A stretch of 29,893 nt of DNA, taken from positions 1 through 29,893 of the forward strand of contig NW_021832648.1 of NCBI RefSeq assembly GCF_006345805.1, read 5' to 3'. Below are positions 8,866 to 19,959 of the stretch, in pieces. The notes under the pieces are model-generated. The model ran no database searches. It had not been told where the DNA came from and saw only the letters and a program-made list of their open reading frames with translations. This DNA is from Octopus sinensis. Lineage: Eukaryota. The stretch's first letter is position 1. Every line of letters starts with the position of its first letter. The position numbers and the translations under genes were made by a program.

Positions 8866-11800
8866 GGGTAAGGAATACCAAGTTGAAACCTAGCATGGGA
8901 TAGCCTCTCTAGATGAAGGTAGATAGATTGACAGGGATAGTGTCATGATAAAAACACTGGTAGTTGCATGACCTGACAAATTGTTACCTCATATGAATGA
9001 CAATGACAAATCAAAATTTTGAGAACAAATGTGTTAATGGGACTGAAATCTATGATGGTGAAGGTGTTATGCCTAGCATGCTTGGAGCAACTGGTCTGGC
9101 TTCAGTAGGTTGTAACCCAGTGATAGATCAGCAAACATGGTGAAGGTGGAGTAAACAAATAAATATTGTGATCATGGAGTGTTAATACCTGAGCAATCCT
9201 GTAGACAAAAATGGTTCTCCTGTTATGGGCTACAAGCAATGTAGACAACAGAGAGAAAGCAGTTTGTTTCAACTCACTGAACAGAAATTATGTGACTAAG
9301 CTAGAGCAATAATAAAAAAAATTGCTGATTGCCAGAAGTGGAGCATGAAGTTATCAAAAGACAGGTATTAGAAAACAACAGCAAAAGAAATGAGGGAAAT
9401 ACAGATCTTTGTGAGAAAAAGGAAATTACAGTAGAGGACAGGGGTGAGATTTCTGGTAACCAACTGGAAAAGGACAGTGATAGTTTGTTTGTCCAGTGAG
9501 AGACATATAGATGGTCTGGAAGACAATGAAATTAATGAAGACATGAACAGAAGGCAATATATGACAGAATAAAAGCATGGTTACAGGAGGACAATAGCAA
9601 CATTATTTGCAACCTTAAAAAGGTTGACTGATGGAAGCTGAACCAAGAAACAAAAAGGGTGAATGAAATTCTGAAATACATCAAGGCAGAAAAACATTAC
9701 AGAAACAATTAATTTGATCAAGTCAGCAAGCATTTTTGCAGCACAAAATATGGGTGTAGGTGTCAAGAAAAAGAAAAAGACAATACAAAAGACCAGAGAA
9801 AAGAACATAATCATTATCATTTAACATCCGTTGACCAGGACTGGCAAATTGAAAGGCTACACATGTCCTTGGCTGATACAGCCCATGTTTCACTGCATAG
9901 CTGTTTGCACACAGGCATCATACTCTGAGAGAGAGGCCCTTTGTTGCCAGCAGAGGTTGGAGCTCTCTGAACTATTCTTATTCTTATAGCTACACTCACA
10001 GAGCATCCATCTCTGCTACTAACTTGGTCACCTAGGTAACGGAAGCTACTACATCTAGCTTACCCCTCTTGTAGTTGATAGAGAATATTTTCTGTACATT
10101 TTTAATGTTTATTGTACCTGGGCATCTTCCACATACAAAAGCTATTTTCCCTGTTAATCTTCCTCTCATATTTTCCAAGGTGGAAAAGAATACAAGCCAG
10201 TATAGATACGCTCTTGGAGGACATTTCTGCTTTAAATCAAAAAGAGAAGAGAGAACTAAGAAATGAACAAAAATATAAAGCATTGAAAGAAAAGGCCAAA
10301 AAATAGTAATGGAAGAACTCAAGCAACATCATATTGCAAATAAAACAAAGATGGCAAGATATGGCCAAAGAATGAAGAAATATTAATAAAAGAAATTATT
10401 CAGGGTAGACCAGAAGAGATTTTACCAAGAAAGAAATGGAGTGTACAGATGAAGTGATGGTACTAGATAGTAATAGAAGTTAAAGATTTTGGAGTGACAT
10501 TTGGAGTAAAGATAAGAATAAGAAGGATATTGAATGGTTACAACAGTTTGCCCACAGCAGGCAGAACTACACATTTCAGTTAGGGATGTGAAGAAAGTCA
10601 GAAAAAAGATCAGTAATTGGAAGGATCCAGGACCAGATGTAGTTCAAGGCTACTGGATCAAAAGATTTAGTGAATGTCATGCACAAATAGCAGAACTCAA
10701 CACATTGTTACATGCTGAGTTAAATGCCCAGTGACACCAAAGTGAGCTGACTAGGGGCAAAACTGTTTTACACTTGAAAGGCATTACAAAAGGGAATGCA
10801 GTAGATAATTACAGATTGATATTATGCTCATCACCTACAATGTACATCTTAAAGAAAATAGTGTTTTACTAGATAAGCAGAAAGAGTACAAGCATAAGTG
10901 CAGAGGTACCAAGGATCAACTTCTGATAGACAAAACAGCATTTAGAGATTGATTACCACAAAGCCTACGATATGATCCCACACATTCTTGTATCATGGAA
11001 TATGGATTGCATGAAATGTCAAATGGTTTCTTGGAAAAACTATGGAGAAGTGGAAGACAGAACTGACAGCAAATGGAAGAAGCTCAAGGAAAATAGAAAT
11101 CAAGAGAAGTATATTTCAGGGAGATTGTCTGTCACCACTGACTTTTGAATTGTGCATGATACCACTAACAATGATTTTGAGGAAAGCTAAGGCTAGGTAT
11201 GAATTAAATGGTCACCAACAAAAGGTTGACCATTTGTTGTTCATGAATGACCTCAAGCTTTACAGTAAGGATGAATCCCCGGTCAGTTCCCTCATTGATA
11301 TGGGGTGCAATAGGTGTATACATTTTTGTAGTCACATCAGAATGCAGTTTGGATTATAAAAGTGTGGTGTATTAGTCTTGAATAAAGACAAAATTAAACA
11401 CATGGATTGGTTGGTGATGCCATCAGGAGAGGTTATGAAGCAAATAGAAGAGGTGGGTTATAAGTAATTGGAAATATTGAAAATGAACAAAGTAATGGAA
11501 AAAGAAATGAAACATTTAAGGAGGAATACTTGCACAGACTAAGACTAGTTCTCAAATCAAAATTGAAGGAACAGAATAAGATTGAAGCTGTCAACAATGG
11601 ATTGTCTCACTCCTTAGATAAGGAGCAGGGATAATTGCATGGACAGTAGAAGAGGCAAACGGCTTAAACAGAAAGACAAGAAAGCTGTTGACTAGATATA
11701 AGGTATTTCATACAAAGAGTGACACAAACTTTATGTATCAAGAAAAAGAGGAGGAAGAATGTATGAACCAAGAAATAGAGAAGCCAGCTTGGGTGCAAAC

Positions 11801-12125
11801 ACAGCATTATAGCAGAAGAAAACATAGCAGGCTACATAAAAAATGCCACAGAAACACTATTGTTGGAAATAAGAAGGCCAGGCTTGTGGAAAATTGAAGA
11901 TTGCAAAGATAAACACAGTACAAATATTTGAAGATGGATGAAACTGAAATTAGGTGTCTAGAGAAAAGAACGCATGGACTATTCCATAGAGATGTAGAAT
12001 ATAAAACAAAGATAAAAAGTGGTAATATATAGCTAAGAGTGATTTAAATTTGGGAACAGGGGCCCTAATCTCTGTTGCTCAAGAGCAACTATTAAGAACT
12101 GATTACATTAAACAGAATAGACTAC
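8866..12125 (+). mobile_element. R4/Dong-clade non-LTR retrotransposon, decayed and 3'-truncated
   Basis: N-terminal motif RWSKQINIVIMEC..LSNPVDKNG..TEQKLCD*ARAI; PRWKRIQ..KY..L..; WKDPGPDVVQGYWIK; RT core IFQGDCLSPLTF...HLLFMNDLKLY; then ALISVAQEQLLRTDYIK. Many stops and frameshifts. The CCHC and RLE endonuclease end is missing. Confidence 0.8.
9790..10172 (-). mobile_element. RTE LINE 3' fragment nested in the R4/Dong element
   Basis: Minus strand encodes RGRLTGKIAFVCGRCPGTIN...YLGDQVSS..CSVSVAIRIR...SETWAV, homologous to 23380-23720, and ends in a GGATGTTAAATGATAATGAT tail. Confidence 0.8.
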
Positions 12126-12192
12126 ACAGCAGAAATGATAAGTACAAATTCCAAACTCACTACCATGAAATAACAGATGTTACTAGAGATTA

Positions 12193-12194
<2 letters not shown>

Positions 12195-12230
<36 letters not shown>
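12195..12230. repeat. (TG)18 microsatellite
   Basis: Perfect dinucleotide run. Confidence 0.95.
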
Positions 12231-12234
<4 letters not shown>

Positions 12235-12275
12235 ATATAATCTGTAAGTTGAGTCAGTAACTGATGAATACAAAC

Positions 12276-12375
12276 CTAATTCTTTGAGTTGGTCAAAGAA
12301 TTCTTCAGCAAGTTTCCCAAAAGAGTAAGCATCCAATACATGCATTGCTTTTGAACTAATACATAGATTATCAGC
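12276..12375 (-). CDS. SCYL3: SCYL3 coding exon 4
   Basis: ctcttacag|ADNLCISSKAMHVLDAYSFGKLAEEFFDQLKEL G|gtttgt, 100 nt, phase 0-1. DAYSFG corresponds to the subdomain IX-like DAFSFG of SCYL3. Confidence 0.92.
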
Positions 12376-12566
12376 CTGTAAGAGACAAAGATCAGAGGAG
12401 ATCTAAGTGGAATTGTTTGATTTTGAGTTCTTTCTAAATTTATTTTTAACTTCTTATTTTTAAAACATTACTTTATATATATATTTTTTAGATTCATACA
12501 ACAAATTAAGAAAAAGAGTAAATTAGAAAGAAAAGAAATGCAAAGAAAGAAATGAAAACAAATTAC

Positions 12567-12737
12567 CTTTTCCTCAGGTGAGATTGCACTTTGACTACGA
12601 AGAGCTCGACAATTTTCCAAAAACTTGGGTGTCAGCTGTTCAAAATGGCATGCATGTTCAAATCCACCCAATTTCCAGGTACCATCTTTTGTCACAAAAA
12701 TTGAAGACTGGCAAATATTGTTATGTGAGATTTCAAC
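12567..12737 (-). CDS. SCYL3: SCYL3 coding exon 3 (pseudokinase HNN and KLGG motifs)
   Basis: ttttaag|VEISHNNICQSSIFVTKDGTWKLGGFEHACHFEQLTPKFLENCRALRSQSAISPEEK|gtaatt, 171 nt, phase 0-0. Confidence 0.95.
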
Positions 12738-13267
12738 CTTAAAAAATAATTATAAAGTTTTGTTAGAGATTTCTTTGTTCTGTTTCTCATAAATTAAATC
12801 TGTAGGTTAATACCATAGTATATTTTGACCTACTTTTGTGTTATGCTCAGAGAAGTAGCTCAATTAATTAAAAAAAGAAAGAAATAGAGGGTAGTTGCGA
12901 CAGTAGTGATGGAAGAAGCACTGGTGGTGATGTTGGTACTCATAAAGATGATTGAAAAGAGAGAGAAAGAGGAAGAAAAAATAGAGAAGCAGAAATAACA
13001 GAATTAATAAAAAGAAAGAGAAAACATGAAAGAAACAGAGAGAAGGAGGAAAGTAATAAAGAGGATTCTAAGAAGTGAGAGACTGAGTAAAAATGAGAGT
13101 TAAACTAGACATGCAAGAGAAAGAGGGTGAATGGGATATGGAGAAGAATATACAGACAAAGCAAAGCTTGTGACATCACTGTATCCTTAGTTATCTCATT
13201 CTCTTATTTCCCTCCATTATCTCACATATCTTACATTTGAAATATTTCTGAATTGCATGCCCTAGTA

Positions 13268-13647
13268 CACTACCGTCAGAAATTAATTAGCACCCTTGAT
13301 TTGCTCTTCACTCAAGGTATGTGCTGTCACCTAGTGGCCATATCTCGAACTATTGCTTTGTTGCGAGTTCACTGTTGCGCAGAACGATGACGTAACTTTG
13401 TTTGCAGAGCAGTTTGAGAGTCTACAGCCTTATGATGTTGACATAGCAGTGCAACAACAACTTGGAGTGCGGATGCAGACAAATCTTCCTTTGTTTAATA
13501 GATATAGGTAGCGCCTCGCAAGGACCGAAATCACACCATACTAAGTTTTCTCATCGCGTAAGACGTTTTGAACAGCTCATAGGTTAATTGATTTAACCTA
13601 TTTAATGTAGAAATTTGAGAAGTGCTAATTAATTTCTGATGCAAGTG
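13268..13647. mobile_element. Tc1/mariner-type MITE, 380 bp
   Basis: TA|CACTACCGTCAGAAATTAATTAGCAC ... GTGCTAATTAATTTCTGATGCAAGTG|TA. 26-bp TIRs match at 22/26; TA flanks; no ORF. Confidence 0.85.
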
Positions 13648-13759
13648 TATGTAATATAATGGCATCTTAAGTTGAAGGTATTATTTTGCTGCAAGAATAG
13701 AAACAATGTTAAGATCTCCCATATGTATGCACATATATATTTACATATCAGATTGAATA

Positions 13760-13860
13760 TGTCAAAATCGAAATCGATCAACGTCAATGGAAATTGTAGC
13801 TGTGATACCAGTGCCGGTGGTACGTAAGAAAACCATCCAAACGTGGCCGTTGATCAGGAG
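13760..13860 (+). mobile_element. SINE/RTE-related repeat fragment
   Basis: ATCGAAATCGATCAACGTCAATGGAAATTGTAGCTGTGATACCAGTGCCGGTGG resembles a frequent octopus repeat as I recall it. Recognition only. Confidence 0.4.
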
Positions 13861-13977
13861 CTAAAAACAACAACAACATAAATAAAAACAGGCAGTAGAA
13901 AACAGAAAGAAGAAAAATGACAAAAGTTATATCTGTAAAAATATAGAAATAAAAAAAAAAGCACTTAAGATACTTAC

Positions 13978-14163
13978 TGTTTCATGAAGGAAAACCAAAG
14001 CATCAATAATGTTATAAAAGCCTGAACATATTTCCACAGGAGACAAGTCTTTAGTCACTGTTTCTAGAGGTTTTACAAACTCAGTGACCAGATAGGAGCC
14101 ATCAGCTGAGTGACCTGACAAAATATATCGGACGATTGCTGGATGACGCAGTACTTTCAGTTG
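13978..14163 (-). CDS. SCYL3: SCYL3 coding exon 2
   Basis: ttctctattccgtag|QLKVLRHPAIVRYILSGHSADGSYLVTEFVKPLETVTKDLSPVEICSGFYNIIDALVFLHET|gtaagt, 186 nt, phase 0-0. Carries the SCYL hallmarks LRHP, VTE.V.PL and AL.FLH. Confidence 0.95.
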
Positions 14164-14186
14164 CTACGGAATAGAGAAACATGTAC

Positions 14187-14603
14187 ATATATATATATAT
14201 ATGATATATATATATATATGATATATATATATGATATATATATATATATGATATATATATATATATATGATATATTATATATATGATATATATATATATA
14301 TATGATATATATATATATGATATATTATATATATGATATATATATATGATATATATATATGATATATATATATGATATATATATGATATATATATATGAT
14401 ATATATATATATGATATATATATATATGATATATATATATATGATATATATATGATATATATATATGATATATATATATATATATGATATATATATATAT
14501 GATATATATATATGATATATATATATATGATATATATATATATGATATATTATATATATATATATTATATATATATATATATAATATATATATATATATT
14601 ATA
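14187..14603. repeat. Long compound (AT)n-G microsatellite, about 420 bp
   Basis: (AT)n runs interrupted about 24 times by G (ATGA). Explains the spurious ORFs 14102-14608 and 14484-14735. Confidence 0.95.
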
Positions 14604-14671
14604 TGCATACATATATCATCACATCATTTAACATTTTCTTTTTCATGCTGGCATATATACACACACACACA

Positions 14672-15836
14672 CTGGATCAGCCAAAAAGTTCAGTTAGTTT
14701 TATCAATGCTAAACTTCAAGCACTCTAATAAGTAGCTAACTTCAGTTTGTCTCTTGCACATGTGCATCCATGAGATGCTTGACAGGTTGTATTTTGTGTA
14801 CTTGGAATCACTCTGAAAATGGAGTACCAAAGCAAACATTATCGACACCTTATAGTTTTTTTTTAATTTTAAAAAAGACAAGAAATCAGTGGAAAGCTGC
14901 AAGGAGTTATGCACTGTGTATGGAGAGAATGCTGTTATGAAACATGCCAGTAATGGGTTTCAAGATTTCAATCAGGAAATTTTTGATTGAAAATGCACCT
15001 CACTCTGGTCAGTGAACTGAGATAAATAGTAACACCAACCCCTGCTATACAACCAGGATAATTGCAGATATTCTACAAATATTCAAACTGAGTGTTGAAA
15101 AACCCATCTGCATCAGCTTGGTTATGACAGCAGGCTTGATGCTTCGGTCCCACATCAATTGAATAAGGCTAACCTGACTCAATGGATTTCCATCTGTGAT
15201 TTATTGCAGAAACATGAAGAAAGTTACCCTTTCCTGAAGAGAATGATAAGGGATGAAAAATGGATTGTCTGTAACAATGTGAAGCACAGCAAACCAATCA
15301 ATTGTCAAAGCAGGACTTCACCTGAGAAAGGTTATGCTTTCAGTTTGGTGGGACTGGAAGGATGTTGCCTTTTATGAGCTTATTCCCAAGGTCAGGACCA
15401 TCAATTCAGATGTGCACTATGACCAGCTGGACACTAAAAGCATCCAGTACTTGCTAATAAGGATCTTTCATCATGACAGTGCCAGACTGCACAGTTTTTG
15501 TAAACGTGGAAGAAGATACTGAGACCTATCTGGGAAGTTTTGCCACACCCTTCATATTCACCCAACCTTGCACTTTCTGATTTTCACCTGTTTCAGTCTC
15601 CTCGAAATTCATTGAATGGACCTTCAACACTGAAGAATATGTAAAATTTCACCTGGAAGGGTATTTTGCCAGTAAAGACAGGAAATTCTTTGAGCAGGAA
15701 ATAATGAGTCTACTCATAAGATGACAAAAGATACTGGAACAAAACAGTAATTATATCATTGATTAAATAAATTGCTTTGTGTTTAAAATTTGTCTTACTG
15801 TTGCTTGGAAAAAGCAAATGGATTTTTTGGCCATAT
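14672..15836 (+). mobile_element. Decayed mariner (DD34D) element
   Basis: Broken ORF from about 14819 to 15766 with VPHQLN, DEKWIVCNN, KVMLSVWWDWK, FHHDSAR and WEVLPHPSYSPNLALSDFHLF. Degenerate TIRs lie near 14672-14700 and 15808-15836. Confidence 0.85.
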
Positions 15837-15840
15837 ATAT

Positions 15841-16043
15841 ATTGGCGTCTGTGTCGGTGACACGTAAAAAGCACCCACTACACTCACGGAGTGGTTGGCG
15901 TTAGGAAGGGCATCCAGCCATAGAAACACTGCCAGATCAGACTGGAGCCTGGTGCAGCCTCCTGGTTTCCCAGACCCTCGGTCAAACCATCCAACCCATA
16001 CTAGCATGGAAAATGGATGTTAAACGATGATGATGATGATGAT
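15841..16043 (+). mobile_element. RTE-type 3' tail ending in (GAT)n, well preserved
   Basis: CACGTAAAAAGCACCCACTACACTCACGGAGTGGTTGGCGTTAGGAAGGGCATCCAGCC...GGATGTTAAACGATGATGAT; co-linear with 23790-23988. Confidence 0.85.
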
Positions 16044-16053
16044 GTATTTATAT

Positions 16054-17310
16054 ACACCTTAAAATTTCAAACAAATTTATTTTAATATGGGGTAGCACTG
16101 CCCTTGGCAGTAATTACAGCTTGAATTATATGAGGTATGGACTCATACAAAGTTTGAATTGTTTCCAAAGGAATTTTTGTCCAATCTTTAGCTAAAACTG
16201 TCTCCAGTTCTTGTAGTGATGATGGTGGAAGACATCGACTCCTTACTTGTTTTTCTAAAATGAACCATAAATTATAAATAATATTGAGATCTGGGGACTG
16301 TGGCGGCTAGATAAAATGTTCAAATTCACTAGAATGTTCCTCATGCCATTCAGTAACAACTTTAGCTGTGTGAATTGGTGCATTATCATCCTGAAAGATT
16401 GTGTTTCCTTTCAGAAACAGTTCTGCAACCATAGGATGAATTTGATCAGATAAAATGCTTAAATAGTCTTGACTGTTAGTTCTGCCATGAAGGGAAACCA
16501 TTGAGCCAGCGAATTTCCAAGATATAGCCCCACCAGATGATCACAGATCCTCCTCCATGTTTAACAGTTGGAAGAAGGCAGTCTGGGTCAAATGCTTCTT
16601 TTGGCTGTCTCCACACGTATACTTGGCCAGTGGTCGGAAATAAGGTAAAGGATGACTCATCCAAGAAAATAACGTTCTTCAACTGCTCTAGGGACTAATT
16701 CTGTAGGCTTTTACATCACTCTAAACGCTTTGCATTGTTTGTGTTTGAAAGTAGTGGTTTTCTGATTGTAGCCCCACCATGAAATCCGGCTTTGTACAGC
16801 TCCAGCGAACAGTTTTTGGGGAAACTGTGGAAACAGTTTCTGTGGAAAACGCGGTGGTCATTAAGCTCTGCAGTAATTTTGGGAGCTGCACTTTTGTGAT
16901 CCTTTCTAACAATTTGCATAAGAGTCTGACGGTTCCTATCTGAAACTTTTGGTTTTCTTCCGGAGTTCTGTTTGACAAGGAGGTTTTTTCCCTCTTTCTC
17001 AAAGGCTGTCATTACTTTCAAGACAGTACTTCTTGATACACCAAACATTTCAGCTGTTTACGTTACGCTAGCGCCTGCCATATGAGCACCAACAACTTGA
17101 CCTCCTTCAAAGTCCGATAGATCAGTCATTTTAATGAATTTTTATTACCTTTTTCTGATGATATCTGAAAAGAAACAGCAATTTTAGCAAAACATATTAA
17201 GCAACACTAATAATAAATCAAAATACATAAAAATGAACAAGCTTTTGACAGTTTTATAGATATTTCAAAATTATGATGCTAAATATTTCCATTATTTTGT
17301 CCAACCCCTG
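16054..17310 (-). mobile_element. Tc1-family transposon with a pseudogenised transposase (16082-17129)
   Basis: 5' TIR TA|CAGGGGTTGGACAAAATAATGGAAA. ORF pieces: MTDLSDFEGGQVVGAHMAGASVT*TAEMFGVSRSTV, VIFLDESSF, PTVKHGGGSV, IFQDDNAPIHTA, PPQSPDLNII, ...SATPY*. The outer part of the 3' TIR is missing. Confidence 0.9.
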
Positions 17311-17351
<41 letters not shown>

Positions 17352-17450
17352 CTTCCATGTCACCAAAATCATGGAACACCTCAGGAGGAAGCTGATTGCT
17401 TGTTTCCTTGAAGATAATGACTTGCTCCCTGACACCCAGCATGGCTTCCA
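17352..17450 (+). mobile_element. CR1/L2/Jockey-group RT fragment
   Basis: Translates as TKIMEHLRRKLIACFLEDNDLLPDTQHGF, containing the QHGF motif at the start of the RT domain. Confidence 0.6.
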
Positions 17451-19182
17451 CTATATATATAGTTTATGAGGTTTACTTTTCAACATCGTCCCCCTTGTGG
17501 TTGACACTTCTTCTATTGATGTTGCAGTGCTTGGCTCCCAATCGTAAAGAAGCTTTCATCCTGTTAGTCAAAAAAGTCATCAAAAGCAGATATATCATTT
17601 ACCACCAGCAAAATTTCCTATTAATTTACATGTTTATTCTTTAGAATAAACACTGACTGTCATTAAGTTGTGACAAGTTTTACTCAATAAGTATTTATTG
17701 TTTACACATTCAGTCTGTCCTGATGCTAACACAACAAAAAACTATTTTATAAATAAACCAATCATTGCAATTGTTAGTCAAATGAAAGCCATTCATTTGA
17801 TCTTCTCTAATTGAAAATATTCAATATTTTGTAGTCTTACAGTTATTGTCTCTCTGTTCTTTCTACTGTTACTTTTTTATGACCTACAAGCACACCTCAC
17901 TGCCCATGAAATCTTCTGGCTCTTGCTGTCTGAAATTCATTCAATTCTCTAAATGCTCTATCAAACATTATATGCATTTCTTCATTCCCAAAACTGTTGC
18001 CTAACAGAATTCCTTTTCCTTCCATGCACACCCATAAGACAAACTTTTAAATTTTAAAGGTTTATTCAAATAGCAACTACCTAACAATGGACCTGAAAAG
18101 CTCTCACAAGCAATATGAAGTGCACTCCACCCTTGCTTTAAAAAAACGTATATGTACAGACATATGTATTGAATCCCTGCAAATGGTTAAACCTATAACG
18201 TAAGACACAATAGGGATAATAGAGGAAAGATGGGTGTGACCATTTTATAGTAACAGAATAAGCAGAGAGAAGAGGCAGAATGTCCATGGGCCAGAGTTTG
18301 AAGTCAGTTAGTGAATCTGTATCAGTTAGTTGCATGACCTTTCTGGATGCTGTCTAATGTTGTGCATAACAGTATCAACATTCCTGCAGGTTTTTTTGGC
18401 CCCAAAAACGATGCAGTTTTAGCTAGACACTATGTAAAGTTCATAAGAAAAGATAATCAGAGATTGCAAGGACTAACATTGGTAACAACTTCATTGCATG
18501 AAAGGACAATATAGAAGACTATATGACCCAAAATAGTTATTATATTGTTGAAAGAGGCTAAGTTGTCATGTCTCCATTGCAGGATGCTTTTGAGTTCTCT
18601 GTTCATGGAAGAAATCTAAGCTTGGCATAAAATGTTTATCAACATGTGGATGATGCCTCTGGGTATAAGGTTAAGGAAAAGTGAAGAGCTGAGCATTGTT
18701 AAGAGTTGACAGCAAGCAGATTAATAATGTACACAAAATTGTGGAATACACAAACTAAACCTTGGAGTAAAGCTTCCAATCCAAATAATAATAAGAGGAT
18801 GAAGACAATATGTGAGCAATTTAACTGAGACATTCCTATGAGAGAAATGGTCAAAATCCCTTGTTGATGACAATTCAATGGCATTATTTTCGCCAAATAT
18901 GTCTAAGGCAAGAAATGAAAAGTGAATGACGCGTCTTGTCGTTTTAGGGGTAACTAGAACGATCTTATCCAATGCCCTTCCATGTATTATACGGTGATGT
19001 TCATTTGAAAGCAATTTGTCTGATATTTTAATTAATCAAACAACTATGTAGATGGCCCCACTGTAGAATCAAAATACGCGTCCCGTCCCCCTCTGCTGGA
19101 GATTCACTGAGAGGAAAACGTTCAAATAATCGATTGTTGATAAATGAAAATGAAACACCTGCTAGGAGTGGAAAGAATAATG

Positions 19183-19327
19183 GGTTAATATAGGGCGGCC
19201 TCTCCTCCACCCCCCTTTCGCGTGCGCGAATTTTTTTTTTTCATATTCGTTCATAGGAAGTTGTTTTACACCTATTACACACATTTTTTTTTTGATTTTC
19301 TGATATTTGTTACGCCCTATATTAACC
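19183..19327. mobile_element. 145-bp MITE with perfect 15-bp TIRs and an 8-bp TSD (probably Merlin)
   Basis: GAATAATG|GGTTAATATAGGGCG ... CGCCCTATATTAACC|GAATAATG (TSDs at 19175-19182 and 19328-19335). Confidence 0.85.
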
Positions 19328-19773
19328 GAATAATGTCTTCTGCTTTCATCGACCACGTATGCCAGTACTCAGTGAACCTTTACATAATATACACACATGT
19401 AGATATGACACGTGCACTTATCACGATCTTATAATTTCCTATGTTCATTAACGAAACAATTTTAAAGTGTTACAACACCATTTTATGCTGTTTAAATATT
19501 TTAGTTGAAAAACATCCTCAAATTTGTTTATTCTCAATTTCATTTTAAAACACGAAAACCCGACGTAAATCATTCTAGATAAAATCTTTCGCGAAAAGGA
19601 ATTTAAATTTTCAATTTACAAAAAAGTTTTTTAATTTTTAGCCAAAAAAAGAAAGGTTTAAATTTTGATATTTTACACGTTTCTATAAAAAAAAAACATC
19701 GATCTCGAATGTTTGAAAGGCAGTATGAAGACATACACAAAGTTCAACATAGAGAAATTAAATGTACACGTAC

Positions 19774-19959
19774 TTTAGCATTAAGTGCAATTATATCCAC
19801 TTCTCTTTTGCAGTCCTTCTTTTTTTTAGTGAAGATAGCCAGACGGGGTAAATTGGGATTTTTCTGAACAGCTTCCTGGACAACCCAATCAACATCGGCT
19901 TTTAGAGGAAGCTTAGCTCCGATCTCACAGTTTTCCAGAATGCTAGTTTCAGCACCCAT
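19774..19959 (-). CDS. SCYL3: SCYL3 first coding exon
   Basis: MGAETSILENCEIGAKLPLKADVDWVVQEAVQKNPNLPRLAIFTKKKKDCKREVDIIALNAK|gtacgt, 186 nt. The MGxxxS myristoylation consensus matches SCYL3 (MGSENS). A candidate acceptor ttatttcgtag lies at 19981. Confidence 0.88.

Noticed and set aside
8679-8903. Poly-Asn ORF
   Set aside because: It is a translation of an (AAC/AAT) microsatellite.
14102-14735. 168-aa and 83-aa I/Y/H-rich ORFs
   Set aside because: They are translations of the (AT)n microsatellite.
18400-19170. Complex non-repetitive intronic sequence with 60-97-aa ORFs
   Set aside because: No transposase or host-protein motif was recognised in any frame; it may be an old repeat or a regulatory region.
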